This document shows positions 38,127-48,062 of a stretch of DNA of 64,000 nt, one piece after another. The DNA is from an uncultured Candidatus Saccharibacteria bacterium. Lineage in GTDB: Bacteria > Patescibacteriota > Minisyncoccia > Phycocordibacterales > UBA9973. The notes under the pieces are model-generated. The model was not told the DNA's origin. It ran no database searches and was given only the letters and a program-made list of their open reading frames with translations. Positions within the stretch are counted from its first letter, which is position 1; each line of letters begins with the position of its first letter. Location of the stretch: positions 11,762-75,761 of the forward strand of contig CAYVZI010000001.1 of assembly GCA_964456475.1 (NCBI GenBank), given 5' to 3'. Position numbers and translations under genes: made by a program.

Positions 38127-39524
38127 ATGTCCAAAGAAAAAGCACTTCGTGTTCCTCCTCAAAGTCTCGACTCCGAAAAAGCCGTTCTCGGCTCTATCAT
38201 GCTCCGACCCGGATCCCTCATCGAACTTGCGGACAAGATTTCTCCCGACGCGTTCTACGCCGACAAACACAAGAAAATTTACGAGGTCATGCTCGATCTA
38301 TCGATACACAACGAACCGATCGACCTCATTTCCCTTTCGCACAAACTGAAAGAAAAGAAACTCCTTGATGCAATCGGTGGCTCACGATATCTCACCGAAC
38401 TCACCCATTCCGTTCCCTCATCTACGAACGCTGAATATTACGCCGACATTGTCGAACAAAAGTACATCTATCGTCGACTCATCGAAGCAGCCAACAAACT
38501 CTCCGATCTTGGTTACGATTCTGGCGAAACAACACTCGAAGACGTACTCGATACAGCAGAAAAAGAAATTTTTGCGATTTCAGACAGCCCTAAGCGTGGA
38601 AAATATCTGACACTCGGCAATCAACTTGAAGAGGCTTGGACACGTCTTGAGCGGCTTCACGAAAACAAAGGTGAACTTCGCGGTGTGCCAACAGGATACA
38701 AAGAGCTCGACAATCTTCTTTCCGGATTCCAAAATTCCGACCTCATCATTCTTGCCGCTCGTCCATCCGTCGGTAAAACTACACTTGCACTTGATTTTGC
38801 ACGTCTTGCTGCAACAAAGCACAACATCGGCGTTGGTATCTTCTCGCTCGAAATGAGTTCACAGCAGCTCGTCGACCGTATGCTTGCGGCCGAATCTCGC
38901 GTTTCCGCATGGCAACTCCGCACCGGTGGACTTTCGACCGGCGGTCAGGATTTTATGCATCTTCGCGATGCGCTTGATCGTCTTTCAAAAGCTCCAATAT
39001 ACATCGATGACCAACCATCAAGTAGCATCGTCCACATTCGCTCTGTCGCACGTCGCATGAAAGCAGAACACGGTATCGGCATGATTATGATTGACTACCT
39101 CCAACTCATGTCAACATCAAAAAACTATGATTCCATGGTCAACCAAGTCACCGAAATCTCTCGTTCCCTCAAAGCTCTCGCTCGTGAGCTCGATGTGCCT
39201 GTTATAGCGCTCTCACAGCTCTCTCGTGCCGTTGAACAGCGTGGAGGTGAACCTCGCCTCTCCGACCTTCGTGACTCTGGATCCATCGAACAGGATGCCG
39301 ACGTGGTAATGTTCATTCACCGCGAAGATAGATTCAACAAGGATTCCGACCGCACCAATATTGCCAAGATTTTGATTGAAAAACACCGTAACGGTCCGAC
39401 AGGTCATGTAGAGCTATTCATGGACGAAAAGACCACAAGCTTCCTCTCTATCGAAAAAGGCAACATGGATGCATTTACCGCCGCCTCTTCGGGCGGCGGA
39501 GGAATGACCGACGTCGACTTTTAA
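38127..39524 (+). CDS. dnaB: replicative DNA helicase
   Basis: DnaB N-terminal domain, Walker A ARPSVGKTTLALD, and IALSQLSRAVEQR. Confidence 0.95.
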   Translation: MSKEKALRVPPQSLDSEKAVLGSIMLRPGSLIELADKISPDAFYADKHKKIYEVMLDLSIHNEPIDLISLSHKLKEKKLLDAIGGSRYLTELTHSVPSSTNAEYYADIVEQKYIYRRLIEAANKLSDLGYDSGETTLEDVLDTAEKEIFAISDSPKRGKYLTLGNQLEEAWTRLERLHENKGELRGVPTGYKELDNLLSGFQNSDLIILAARPSVGKTTLALDFARLAATKHNIGVGIFSLEMSSQQLVDRMLAAESRVSAWQLRTGGLSTGGQDFMHLRDALDRLSKAPIYIDDQPSSSIVHIRSVARRMKAEHGIGMIMIDYLQLMSTSKNYDSMVNQVTEISRSLKALARELDVPVIALSQLSRAVEQRGGEPRLSDLRDSGSIEQDADVVMFIHREDRFNKDSDRTNIAKILIEKHRNGPTGHVELFMDEKTTSFLSIEKGNMDAFTAASSGGGGMTDVDF

Positions 39525-39530
39525 ATTTCA

Positions 39531-39606
39531 GGGTTTAGGTGCTAGGGTTTAGGGGTTAGCAATTCGCACTCACTATACCCTAAACGCTATACCCTATACC
39601 CTAGCT
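39531..39606. repeat. CTAGG/TTAGGG-type palindromic element (G-arm, 16-nt spacer, C-arm)
   Basis: gggtttaggtgctagggtttaggggttagc ... ccctaaacgctataccctataccctagc. Confidence 0.7.
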
Positions 39607-40227
39607 ATGGATTTACTCAAACGCCTTCAACAATCATTCAAACGATTTCCCGGAATTGGTGAACGCCAAGCGATGCGCTTTGCCTATTTCTTGGCGACTG
39701 CCGACGATGCCTATGTACGCAATCTGACGGAAGAAATTCTAGCGCTCCGTAAAAACGTCCGTCGTTGCGCGAGATGCTTCGCCTTGTCCGAAAAAATACT
39801 TGAAGGGCTCTGTCCAGTCTGTGCCGATCCGGCAAAAGACAAATCAATGATTCTCATTGTTGAAAAAGACGCTGACCGAGATCGCTTCATTCAATCTCGC
39901 ACATATTCCGGAACATATTTTGTGCTTGGTGGACTTGCACCTGCAATTGAAAAAGACGCGAATCAGCACATTCGCCTCGACGAACTCGCAAAACTTGTCG
40001 AAAAAGAGTCTGCCGTGAATCTTAAAGAAGTAATCCTCGCTCTTTCTGCAACGCCCGATGGAGATCGCACCGAAGCGCTCATCCTCGCTCGACTTGAAAC
40101 CGTCGCAAAAGACAAAAACATTTCTCTCTCCATGCTCGGCAAAGGACTCTCAACCGGAACAGAAATTGAATACTCTGATGCAGAAACACTATCTTCGGCC
40201 CTAAAATCGAGAACTCATACAAATTAA
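39607..40227 (+). CDS. recR: recombination protein RecR
   Basis: HhH PGIGERQAMRFAYF, a C4 zinc finger CARC...CPVC, and a Toprim domain. Confidence 0.9.
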   Translation: MDLLKRLQQSFKRFPGIGERQAMRFAYFLATADDAYVRNLTEEILALRKNVRRCARCFALSEKILEGLCPVCADPAKDKSMILIVEKDADRDRFIQSRTYSGTYFVLGGLAPAIEKDANQHIRLDELAKLVEKESAVNLKEVILALSATPDGDRTEALILARLETVAKDKNISLSMLGKGLSTGTEIEYSDAETLSSALKSRTHTN

Positions 40228-40260
40228 AAAGAGGATATCCATAATGGATATCCTCTTTGA
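40226..40260. terminator. bidirectional intrinsic terminator (14-bp perfect palindrome)
   Basis: aagaggatatccat-aa-tggatatcctctt. Confidence 0.8.
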
Positions 40261-40264
40261 ACTA

Positions 40265-40789
40265 CTATTTCATGTACATTGCAAAAATTGTTCGCCATAC
40301 GTTTTTGTCATTTGCCCTTTCTGCAATATTCTTAGCTTGCAGGCTAGTAAAATTACATTTTGCAAAAATCATTTTTGTAATCTCTTCTACATCAACGGCA
40401 AACATTTCTTTAATAAAATCACTGCTTAAAAGTTGGGCAACAAGGGTTTCAATCGTTGTGCTTCGTAATGATGACGAGTCATCATGTATTTTTCCATCAA
40501 AAGTTTCAATCTCCCGGTAGTAAGTTGCGTTGTCGCCACTTTTACTAAATGGCTTGCCCAACCTTTTTACTTTTTGCCTGTTGTAGTCATAAGTCAGCTT
40601 GTCTGGTTCAATCAAAGTAATAAGGTAAAAAATCGCTTCCTTATCCTCATTGTCTAATTTAACCAAAGGCAAGTTGTTTTTCTTTGAGTACAAAGTATCG
40701 TACTCCATAATGCTTCTAACGGCATTTATTATATCGTTGTTGTTTTGCTCTTCCTTATTTGCAAGGATAGCAAATAATCCTGTATTCAT
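40265..40789 (-). CDS. hypothetical protein
   Basis: 174-aa ORF with no recognised motif. Confidence 0.5.
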   Translation of the reverse strand: MNTGLFAILANKEEQNNNDIINAVRSIMEYDTLYSKKNNLPLVKLDNEDKEAIFYLITLIEPDKLTYDYNRQKVKRLGKPFSKSGDNATYYREIETFDGKIHDDSSSLRSTTIETLVAQLLSSDFIKEMFAVDVEEITKMIFAKCNFTSLQAKNIAERANDKNVWRTIFAMYMK

Positions 40790-40862
40790 TGGCTATTTTT
40801 TTATGTTTTAAATGAAGTTTTACATTATATATACTATCATAGATTGATATATATGTCAATAG

Positions 40863-40888
40863 CCCTGGATCCTGGATCGAGTCCGGGG
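40863..40888 (-). repeat. hairpin element family, degenerate copy
   Basis: The reverse strand reads ccccggactcgatccaggatccaggg. Confidence 0.5.
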
Positions 40889-40898
40889 CTTGTGCATA

Positions 40899-40928
40899 AA
40901 ATAAAACATCCCCAAAGGGGATGTTTTA
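40899..40928 (-). terminator. intrinsic terminator of rplU
   Basis: aaaacatccccaaaggggatgtttt. Confidence 0.8.
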
Positions 40929-41246
40929 TTTTATAGCCGAGATTTTGACTTCTGAGTAACCTTGGCGGTGGCCGTTCCGCTTGATGTATTTACTCTTAGC
41001 CTTGTATTTCATGACGAGGAGCTTCTTTGCGCGTCCTGCAGTCTGGAATATTGCCTCTACTGTCGCGCCTTTGATTGTCGGAGTTCCGATAGTTGTGTCT
41101 TTGCCGTTATCAACAAGCAAGACCTGGTCAAACACGACCTTGTCCCCTTTTGTAAGTTCACCTGGAAGAGTCTCAACGCGAATCACGTCACCAACGGTAA
41201 CGGGATACTGTTTGCCCCCTGTTGCGATAATTGCGAATTCAGTCAT
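40926..41246 (-). CDS. rplU: 50S ribosomal protein L21
   Basis: MTEFAIIATGGKQYPVTVGDVIRVE. Confidence 0.95.
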   Translation of the reverse strand: MTEFAIIATGGKQYPVTVGDVIRVETLPGELTKGDKVVFDQVLLVDNGKDTTIGTPTIKGATVEAIFQTAGRAKKLLVMKYKAKSKYIKRNGHRQGYSEVKISAIK

Positions 41247-41317
41247 ATGTAGAACTATACTAGCCTATAATTGGCGTATAGTCAAATCCCAATGTCCAAA
41301 TCTCAATTACCAAATAA

Positions 41318-42670
41318 TTACCCTATAAACGAGTACAAAAGTGCCAAGGCAAATACCGCCATAACCCCAAAAGCTGTCCAGAGGCCCAGTTTTGAGGCAA
41401 TACCACTCTTGTGTTCACCCAAGACACCCTCTTGGCTCGAGATACGCGCAATCAGAAAAATAAGAGGTACGGCAGCAATACCGTTGAATACAGCAGTAAA
41501 CACAAGTGCTTTGATTGGATCAAAACCTACAAAGTTGAAAATGAGTCCAACGAGCGTTCCAAAAATAATGACGAAATAAAAGTTCTTTGACTGCTTGAAT
41601 TTGTTATACAAACCTTCCTTCCAACTGAATGTCTCCGCCACTGCATATCCAGAGCTTCCCGCAAGAACAGGAATACTTTGCAAGCCGATGCCAATAATAC
41701 CGATTGAAAAAATTATTTTTGCGATAAGCCCAGAATTCGGAAAAGTCTGCACAAGCGGTTCGAGAGCATGCGCCGCATCCGCAGCTGAATTGATATTTGT
41801 AATACCTGCCCTGTTCAATACCACAGCTCCAACCACAATCATGAACCACGCCATAAAGTTTGAAAAAAACATACCAAGTGCATTGTCAGTGCGAAGTCGT
41901 CGCAAGTATGATTTTGTAACTTTTGGAGTTCCGCCATTCTCACCGAGTCGCCCCTCGGCAATCTCATCTTCGACAACATTACTCGTCTGCCAGAAAAAAA
42001 GATACGGAGAAATCGTCGTACCAAAAATTGCAACGATAATGTATAAATATTCTCTACTCCAGACAATATGTGGTGAAAATGTGGCTTGAAGAACCTCACG
42101 CCATGGTACGTCCACAAGAAAAGCTGTGGCCATATAAGCAAACAACGAAACGGCAAGCCATTTCAAAATGCGAATATAATTGCGATACGGTACAAAAACC
42201 TGGAGTACGATAATGATGATTGCATAGAAAATAGCAAGTAATTCAAACGGAATATTTGGAAATAGAAGCTGAGTACTTGCAGACATAGCCCCAAGATTGG
42301 AGCCAATATTGAGCGTGTTTGCACATACAACAAGAAGTACAACTGCATACAAAATCTTTCTTGAGTACTGTTCACGGATAACCTGCGCCAAGCCTTTGCC
42401 GGTCACCGCCCCGATACGCATACATGCTTCTTGTACTGCAGTCATTAGTGGCAGAGTAAAAACCATCGTCCATGGCATCTGAAAACCGAATTGTGCGCCT
42501 GCTTGGGAATAGGTTGCGATTCCTGATGGATCGTCATCAGCAGCACCAGTAACGATTCCCGGACCAAAAATTTTTAAAAAACGTCCAATTTTTTTGAGAG
42601 GCTTACTTTTCGTTATATCACCCTGTTGTTCCCTTTTTTGCTCTAACACTTTATTAGTATCGTTCTGCAT
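41318..42670 (-). CDS. mntH: Nramp-family divalent metal (Mn2+/Fe2+) transporter
   Basis: GPGIVTGAADDDPSGIATYSQAGAQFGF plus an 11-TM pattern. The probable start is MQNDTN, since the ORF-track extension runs into the palindrome array. Confidence 0.85.
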   Translation of the reverse strand: MQNDTNKVLEQKREQQGDITKSKPLKKIGRFLKIFGPGIVTGAADDDPSGIATYSQAGAQFGFQMPWTMVFTLPLMTAVQEACMRIGAVTGKGLAQVIREQYSRKILYAVVLLVVCANTLNIGSNLGAMSASTQLLFPNIPFELLAIFYAIIIIVLQVFVPYRNYIRILKWLAVSLFAYMATAFLVDVPWREVLQATFSPHIVWSREYLYIIVAIFGTTISPYLFFWQTSNVVEDEIAEGRLGENGGTPKVTKSYLRRLRTDNALGMFFSNFMAWFMIVVGAVVLNRAGITNINSAADAAHALEPLVQTFPNSGLIAKIIFSIGIIGIGLQSIPVLAGSSGYAVAETFSWKEGLYNKFKQSKNFYFVIIFGTLVGLIFNFVGFDPIKALVFTAVFNGIAAVPLIFLIARISSQEGVLGEHKSGIASKLGLWTAFGVMAVFALALLYSFIG

Positions 42671-42763
42671 ATATGAAGATAGTATACAGTATTTAGTATA
42701 CGGTATACAGTATTTCACAGTTTTATACTGTATACAAAATACAACATACTGTATACTGTATCC
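42671..42763. promoter_or_regulatory. divergent mntH/corA control region with five or six iterated ATAC-N-GTAT palindromes
   Basis: gtatacagtat at about 42682 and 42703, the variant gtatacggtat at 42696, and atactgtatac at 42725 and 42747-42757. Confidence 0.55.
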
Positions 42764-43675
42764 ATGATTTCACGTTACGCACATCAAGGGCTTACTTGGA
42801 TCGACCTCGAATCACCAACCCGTGATGAGGTTTCCGTTCTTTCAGAAGAATTTGAACTGCATCCGATCATTTCGAGTGAATTACTTGAAACATCTGAACG
42901 CGCAAAAGTGGATTTGTATGAGAATGCAATATATCTCATTCTGCATTTTCCAATTCGCAACCGCACTACAGGACATATCCAGGAGACAGAGATCGACTTT
43001 GTGCTTCTCAAAAATACTCTTATTACCACACACTACGAGCTTGTTGACCCACTTCACGATTTCGCCCGATTATTTGAAGTAGACAGCTTCTTGAGTAGCT
43101 CAAAACTCACTGAACACACCGGGTTCCTATTCTTTACTCAAATCCGCGAATTATATAAGCACACACTCTTTCTAGTTGAAGGATTGACTCACGATATTCG
43201 CGAGATTGAAAAGCAAATCTTCGCAGGTAAAGAAAGCGAGATGGTGATGGAAATATCAAAAGCCAATCGAGAAATAATAGATATCAAACAAGCACTTCGC
43301 GCTCACAAAGAAACGCTAAAATCCTTTGCAGACACATGCATCAAGATATATGGCCAAGATTTTTCTTACTATATCAATATGATTGAAGGTGAATATGCTC
43401 GTATCGAACAGATACTTTCGGAAAATCGCGATATGATTCACGATCTTCGTCGCACAAACGACTCCTTGCTTTCAGTCAAGACAAACAATACCCTTCGCTG
43501 GCTTGCGGCTGTCAACGTAGTACTTATGCCAATCGGTATTATTGCTTGGATTTTTGCTATGCAATCTCGATTCCTCTATCTAGATGAACCACATCAGCTT
43601 CTAACCGCTTTTGGTATAATGATTGCAATACCAGTCATTTTGATTATCTATTTCCGCCGAAAAAAGTGGCTCTAG
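42764..43675 (+). CDS. CorA-like divalent cation transporter (divergent, with FAMQ in place of the canonical YGMN)
   Basis: CorA-like length, a cytoplasmic domain followed by 2 C-terminal TM helices, and a KKW tail. Confidence 0.65.
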   Translation: MISRYAHQGLTWIDLESPTRDEVSVLSEEFELHPIISSELLETSERAKVDLYENAIYLILHFPIRNRTTGHIQETEIDFVLLKNTLITTHYELVDPLHDFARLFEVDSFLSSSKLTEHTGFLFFTQIRELYKHTLFLVEGLTHDIREIEKQIFAGKESEMVMEISKANREIIDIKQALRAHKETLKSFADTCIKIYGQDFSYYINMIEGEYARIEQILSENRDMIHDLRRTNDSLLSVKTNNTLRWLAAVNVVLMPIGIIAWIFAMQSRFLYLDEPHQLLTAFGIMIAIPVILIIYFRRKKWL

Positions 43676-43682
43676 TGAGCCT

Positions 43683-43710
43683 GGTCATCCTGAACTTGTT
43701 TCAGAATCCA
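43683..43710 (+). repeat. hairpin element family, copy F
   Basis: ggtcatcctgaacttgtttcagaatcca, which closely resembles the GIY-YIG cassette ends. Confidence 0.65.
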
Positions 43711-43730
43711 AATTCCTGTAATTTACAGTT

Positions 43731-45089
43731 ATGTCATTGCAATTCCACAACACCCTCACCAAGAAAGTTGAACCCTTTGTTCCACTAAACCCTGACAGTA
43801 CAAGTGTCAGTCTCTATACCTGTGGGCCGACCGTCTACAACTACGCACACATCGGCAATTTCCGTGCGTATCTTTTTGGCGATGTGCTAAAACGCGCCCT
43901 TCGGTATTGCGGGTATGATGTGCACCATGTGATGAATATCACCGATATCGACGACAAAACAATTCGCGATTCTCAAATAGAAAAGAAATCCCTCAAGGAA
44001 TTCACTGAATTCTATACAGAGGCGTTTTTTGCAGACCGCGACGCGCTCAATATCATTCCAGCCAGAGAATATCCGCGTGCAACAGAGTACGTAGCCGAAA
44101 TGATAGCAATGATAGAGAAGCTTATCGCAACTGGTCATGCATACAAAGAAGAAGACGGTAGTGTGTATTTCAAAATTGATTCATTCCCAAATTACGGAAC
44201 ACTTTCACACATTGATCTATCGTCTCTCAAAGAGAACGCAAGCGGACGAATCAAAAAAGATGAGTACGAAAAGGATAACTTGCAGGATTTCGCACTCTGG
44301 AAAGCTTGGGACAGTGCCGACGGCGAAGTATTTTGGGATTCACCATTTGGCAAAGGACGTCCTGGTTGGCACCTAGAATGTTCGGCAATGAGCACGAATC
44401 TGCTTGGTGCCAGTATCGATATTCATACCGGAGGAGTAGACAACATTTTTCCCCATCACGAGAATGAAATTGCCCAATCAGAATGCGCGACCGGTGCCCA
44501 CTTTGTGAACTATTGGATGCATAACGAATGGGTCATGGTGGAAGGCAAAAAGATGTCCAAATCTGCCGGCAATTTTACAACACTTCGCACAATCACTGAG
44601 CGAAGCATCAATCCCCTTGCCTTTCGTCTACTCACGCTCATGACTCATTATCGAAGCCCGCTCAATTTCACTTGGGAGGCTCTAGGAGGCGCCGAGACAG
44701 CATTAAAAAGGCTCTACAGCCAGTTTCTCGCATTCGAGCATGGTGGTATTGTAAACGACCAATATAAAGCTAAATTCACTAGCTGTATTGAAGACGACCT
44801 CAATACACCGCTTGCAGTTGCAACGATGTGGGACTTGCTAAAGGATGAAGATATTCCATCAGTAGACAAACGAAAAACACTTTTAGATTTTGATCAAATA
44901 CTTGGCCTTGGATTATCTACCGTAAAGCAAGAGCATATTCCAGAAGAAATTCGTGCATTAGCGAATGCCCGAGAACAAGCGCGTCAAGAAAAAGATTGGT
45001 CTCGCTCCGACGAACTCCGTATAGAAATCGAATCTCAGGGTTATTATGTAAAAGATACAGACAAAGGGCCTGTAGTTGTGAAAAAATAA
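43731..45089 (+). CDS. cysS: cysteinyl-tRNA synthetase
   Basis: CGPTVYNYAHIGNFR and KMSKS. Confidence 0.95.
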   Translation: MSLQFHNTLTKKVEPFVPLNPDSTSVSLYTCGPTVYNYAHIGNFRAYLFGDVLKRALRYCGYDVHHVMNITDIDDKTIRDSQIEKKSLKEFTEFYTEAFFADRDALNIIPAREYPRATEYVAEMIAMIEKLIATGHAYKEEDGSVYFKIDSFPNYGTLSHIDLSSLKENASGRIKKDEYEKDNLQDFALWKAWDSADGEVFWDSPFGKGRPGWHLECSAMSTNLLGASIDIHTGGVDNIFPHHENEIAQSECATGAHFVNYWMHNEWVMVEGKKMSKSAGNFTTLRTITERSINPLAFRLLTLMTHYRSPLNFTWEALGGAETALKRLYSQFLAFEHGGIVNDQYKAKFTSCIEDDLNTPLAVATMWDLLKDEDIPSVDKRKTLLDFDQILGLGLSTVKQEHIPEEIRALANAREQARQEKDWSRSDELRIEIESQGYYVKDTDKGPVVVKK

Positions 45090-45113
45090 CGTGTATATCA
45101 CTTAAGTCTACGC

Positions 45114-45153
45114 AAAAATCGTTTACTACAAATTTGTAGTAAACGATTTTTAA
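45114..45153. terminator. bidirectional intrinsic terminator (16-bp arms)
   Basis: aaaaatcgtttactacaaatttgtagtaaacgattttt. Confidence 0.8.
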
Positions 45154-45164
45154 TAGACTATCAC

Positions 45165-46868
45165 CTATACTGCTTTGAGTTCGATAGAGAAAGTTGAGCC
45201 CAACCCCACCCCAGGTGAGTCGATCATAATATGACCGCCATGAGCTTCAGCGATTTGTTTTGCAAGATAGAGTCCAAGACCAGAACCTCCGGTGTTTGTC
45301 TTCCCTCCTGCTCCACGAGAAAACTTTTGGAATAATTTTTCTTTTTCTTCAGCAGAAATTCCCATTCCAGTGTCAGTGACTGCAAGTCGAATCATTCCAG
45401 TATCAGGAATCTTCGAAAGCGAGACGGTAATTGATCCTTTTTCTGTGTACTTGATCGCATTGTCGATAATGTTGAGCATTACCTGGCGAAGTTTTTCCAT
45501 GTCACCATGTATCGTATATGGAGCTTTATTGTCTGTAGTAAATGCAAGTTTCAACCCTTTCTTTTCTGCGGTAATGGAGAGATCTGTTGCGAGGTCTTTT
45601 GCAGCTTTTTCCATATCAAACGGTGCCATCTCGTATTTCATTCCTCCAGCCTCAATCTTAGAAACGTTCAACAAATCCTCGACAACCTTAGAAAGATGAG
45701 TACTTGACTCAAACACACGATTGATAGCATCTTTTTGTTTGTCTTCGAACGTTCCATACGAACCGTCAAGAAGCATTGAAGTGTATCCACGAATTGCAGT
45801 AAGCGGACTGCGAAGCTGATGAGCTGCCAGAGAAAGGAATTCCGTTTTGAGTTTATCCAAATCCTTGAGCTTGTCGTTAGCAACTTCGAGTTTAAGATTT
45901 GATTCTTCGAGTTTGAGTCGGAGCTGTTCTAGTCGCTGTCTTTGTTCAACCTCTTTTTTAACACTTTTAATGAGAAAAACACCTGCAATAATTGCACCTA
46001 TGAAAGTAACTGAATTTAAAAAGTAATTAAAAGAATTTCGAATGAAAAAATATTGTGCTCCAACCAATACGACTATTGACCAAACCAAGGCCTGACTTGC
46101 TAGTAGCTTGATATCGAAAGCTTTGAATTTAACAATCACGTACGCCAGAAAGGCAACAAAGATTGGCATACTAAACAGTCCATATTGCTCAAGGCTATAG
46201 TTACCATTTGTAATATATCCATTGTCTAGAAGATACGACACTCCTACAACAGCGACGAAAAATATTATCAAGAAGAATTCAATCCCCAACGTAAGTAACA
46301 CAAGAGGTTTCCTTGCCTCGCTAGATATAGATTTGTACTTGAATGCTACGTATATAATAGTGAGTACTACAGTAATCAGACTAAATAAATAATAATAAGT
46401 TGTATATAAATTATTTTCGAGAGCTGCGCAATCAGGGGCACTAAAACCTGATAGATTGAAAATTGTTGGTGTCAGGATAAGAATCGGCAAGACAGCCAAC
46501 AGGCCTATCACTTTTCTTCTTACGTGAATATCCTTACCATTATTAATAAAAACGGCGATAAAATAGAAAGAAAATAGATAAATGCAGGTTTGAACAATAC
46601 CAAAGAAAGACCAAGCAAACATGACGATAGTACTGTTGTCATAACGAATCCAAGCGACAAGATCCAACGCTGACCAGACAGCAAAAGATAGTGTAATAAT
46701 GAACAAAATTCTACTCAATAGACTACCTCGATTTTCATATAAAACAAAAAAACCGATCAATAGGGCTACCACCGCCGTTGGAATATGTGAATAATAAAGC
46801 AATTGTGATGCCTGATCTACAATCTCCTTACAAAGGGCTAAATTGGAAGCTGTGTTATAAGTAAACAT
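45165..46868 (-). CDS. sensor histidine kinase with N-terminal multi-TM sensor domain
   Basis: About 7 TM helices, HisKA LAAHQLRSPLTAIRGY, and HATPase_c (GSGLGL). No response regulator is adjacent. Confidence 0.85.
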   Translation of the reverse strand: MFTYNTASNLALCKEIVDQASQLLYYSHIPTAVVALLIGFFVLYENRGSLLSRILFIITLSFAVWSALDLVAWIRYDNSTIVMFAWSFFGIVQTCIYLFSFYFIAVFINNGKDIHVRRKVIGLLAVLPILILTPTIFNLSGFSAPDCAALENNLYTTYYYLFSLITVVLTIIYVAFKYKSISSEARKPLVLLTLGIEFFLIIFFVAVVGVSYLLDNGYITNGNYSLEQYGLFSMPIFVAFLAYVIVKFKAFDIKLLASQALVWSIVVLVGAQYFFIRNSFNYFLNSVTFIGAIIAGVFLIKSVKKEVEQRQRLEQLRLKLEESNLKLEVANDKLKDLDKLKTEFLSLAAHQLRSPLTAIRGYTSMLLDGSYGTFEDKQKDAINRVFESSTHLSKVVEDLLNVSKIEAGGMKYEMAPFDMEKAAKDLATDLSITAEKKGLKLAFTTDNKAPYTIHGDMEKLRQVMLNIIDNAIKYTEKGSITVSLSKIPDTGMIRLAVTDTGMGISAEEKEKLFQKFSRGAGGKTNTGGSGLGLYLAKQIAEAHGGHIMIDSPGVGLGSTFSIELKAV

Positions 46869-46873
46869 ATAAT

Positions 46874-47272
46874 TTATTCAGCACACTGTTCATTATTTAA
46901 AATCGTCCCTGAATCACAATCTCGGTATGAACACTTTTCCTCACCTGGAATACAACTTAATTCAGGAAAGCATCCTAGCTTCTCTGTAGATTCCTGGCAA
47001 AAAGCGATCGAGGACGCCATTTTTGAAATCTCTTTATAAAAAACTATCTGCTCATCAGGATTAGTTGAACATGTTGGATCTGATACTGGATCACATGAGT
47101 AGACAAAACATTTTTCATTCGCTGGATCACAGGTTACGTAATCTGTAATAAGATAATTTTTCAGTACCACAATCTGATAGTACGTAAAAAAAACAACTCC
47201 TAATACGAGAAGAATGACGAAAGCAAAAAATATTTTATTCTTCATGTCTGGCTTTGTCTCCGTGGTTTCCAT
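46874..47272 (-). CDS. membrane-anchored Cys-rich (12 Cys) protein
   Basis: TM helix followed by repeated C..C spacing, typical of a disulfide-rich extracytoplasmic domain. Confidence 0.5.
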   Translation of the reverse strand: METTETKPDMKNKIFFAFVILLVLGVVFFTYYQIVVLKNYLITDYVTCDPANEKCFVYSCDPVSDPTCSTNPDEQIVFYKEISKMASSIAFCQESTEKLGCFPELSCIPGEEKCSYRDCDSGTILNNEQCAE

Positions 47273-47279
47273 AATGTGA

Positions 47280-48062
47280 TTATATCATCTTTTTTCTAAT
47301 ATCATGCTGTTGATTATGATCGTGGCTATACCAAAATGGATCTTTTTCGTGTTCAATTGGCAAGAGTGGAAAAATAAGTGGCTTTACTCCAAAAATTTCG
47401 GTTGCTTTTCTAAAACTTGGGAGAATTTTTTCAAAAAAAAATCCTCTCTCAGATTCATCATTGAGCATAAAATTTTCAAAAAGCACTCCGTCACAAATAA
47501 AAAGAGACATGAAATAGAGATAGTAATATTCCGTGATATCACGAGTTGTATTAAACCAATCAGTAATATCAACAATATTTTTACTTGCACCCGGATAGAC
47601 AGATGCAAGAAGCTCTCTATGAGTCTCAATAAGGGAATCGCCCCAAATAGTTTTTATGTCGGATAAAGGTTTACCTTCCCAAATGTTGAAATCAACCACT
47701 CGGCAAGTGTCTTTGGTATCGTCAAACATAGTTGCTTTTTCTTTTGAAAATAACAATTTGCAAAGGAAGTATTTATTTTTATTTTTATTTACAAATTTTC
47801 CGGCAGGATATTCAAGGAGTAAGGGTTCCATATTTAGAGAAGAAACTAAGTCCATAAAATATTGCATTTCACGATTTGGAGTTATAATTTCTCTATTAAA
47901 GATTGCTCTTGGTCTTTCAAATGAATGAGGGAACGGATGTTCCTTCCAAAACAACCTAACGCGTTCAACCAGAGCGTGGTCATTCGACCTTCGCTCTATT
48001 TCTTTTTCTAGCTGGGAAAACGGTGTGTAAATTTCCTCAAGGATATCTTGATCTTCACTCAT
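47280..48062 (-). CDS. hypothetical protein
   Basis: 260-aa ORF, the first gene of a co-directional three-gene unit with the kinase. Confidence 0.5.
   Translation of the reverse strand: MSEDQDILEEIYTPFSQLEKEIERRSNDHALVERVRLFWKEHPFPHSFERPRAIFNREIITPNREMQYFMDLVSSLNMEPLLLEYPAGKFVNKNKNKYFLCKLLFSKEKATMFDDTKDTCRVVDFNIWEGKPLSDIKTIWGDSLIETHRELLASVYPGASKNIVDITDWFNTTRDITEYYYLYFMSLFICDGVLFENFMLNDESERGFFFEKILPSFRKATEIFGVKPLIFPLLPIEHEKDPFWYSHDHNQQHDIRKKMI

Noticed and set aside
42671-42718. N-terminal extension MKYCIPYTKYCILSSY of the mntH ORF
   Set aside because: It is translated from the palindromic operator array. The Nramp homology starts at MQNDTN (42670).
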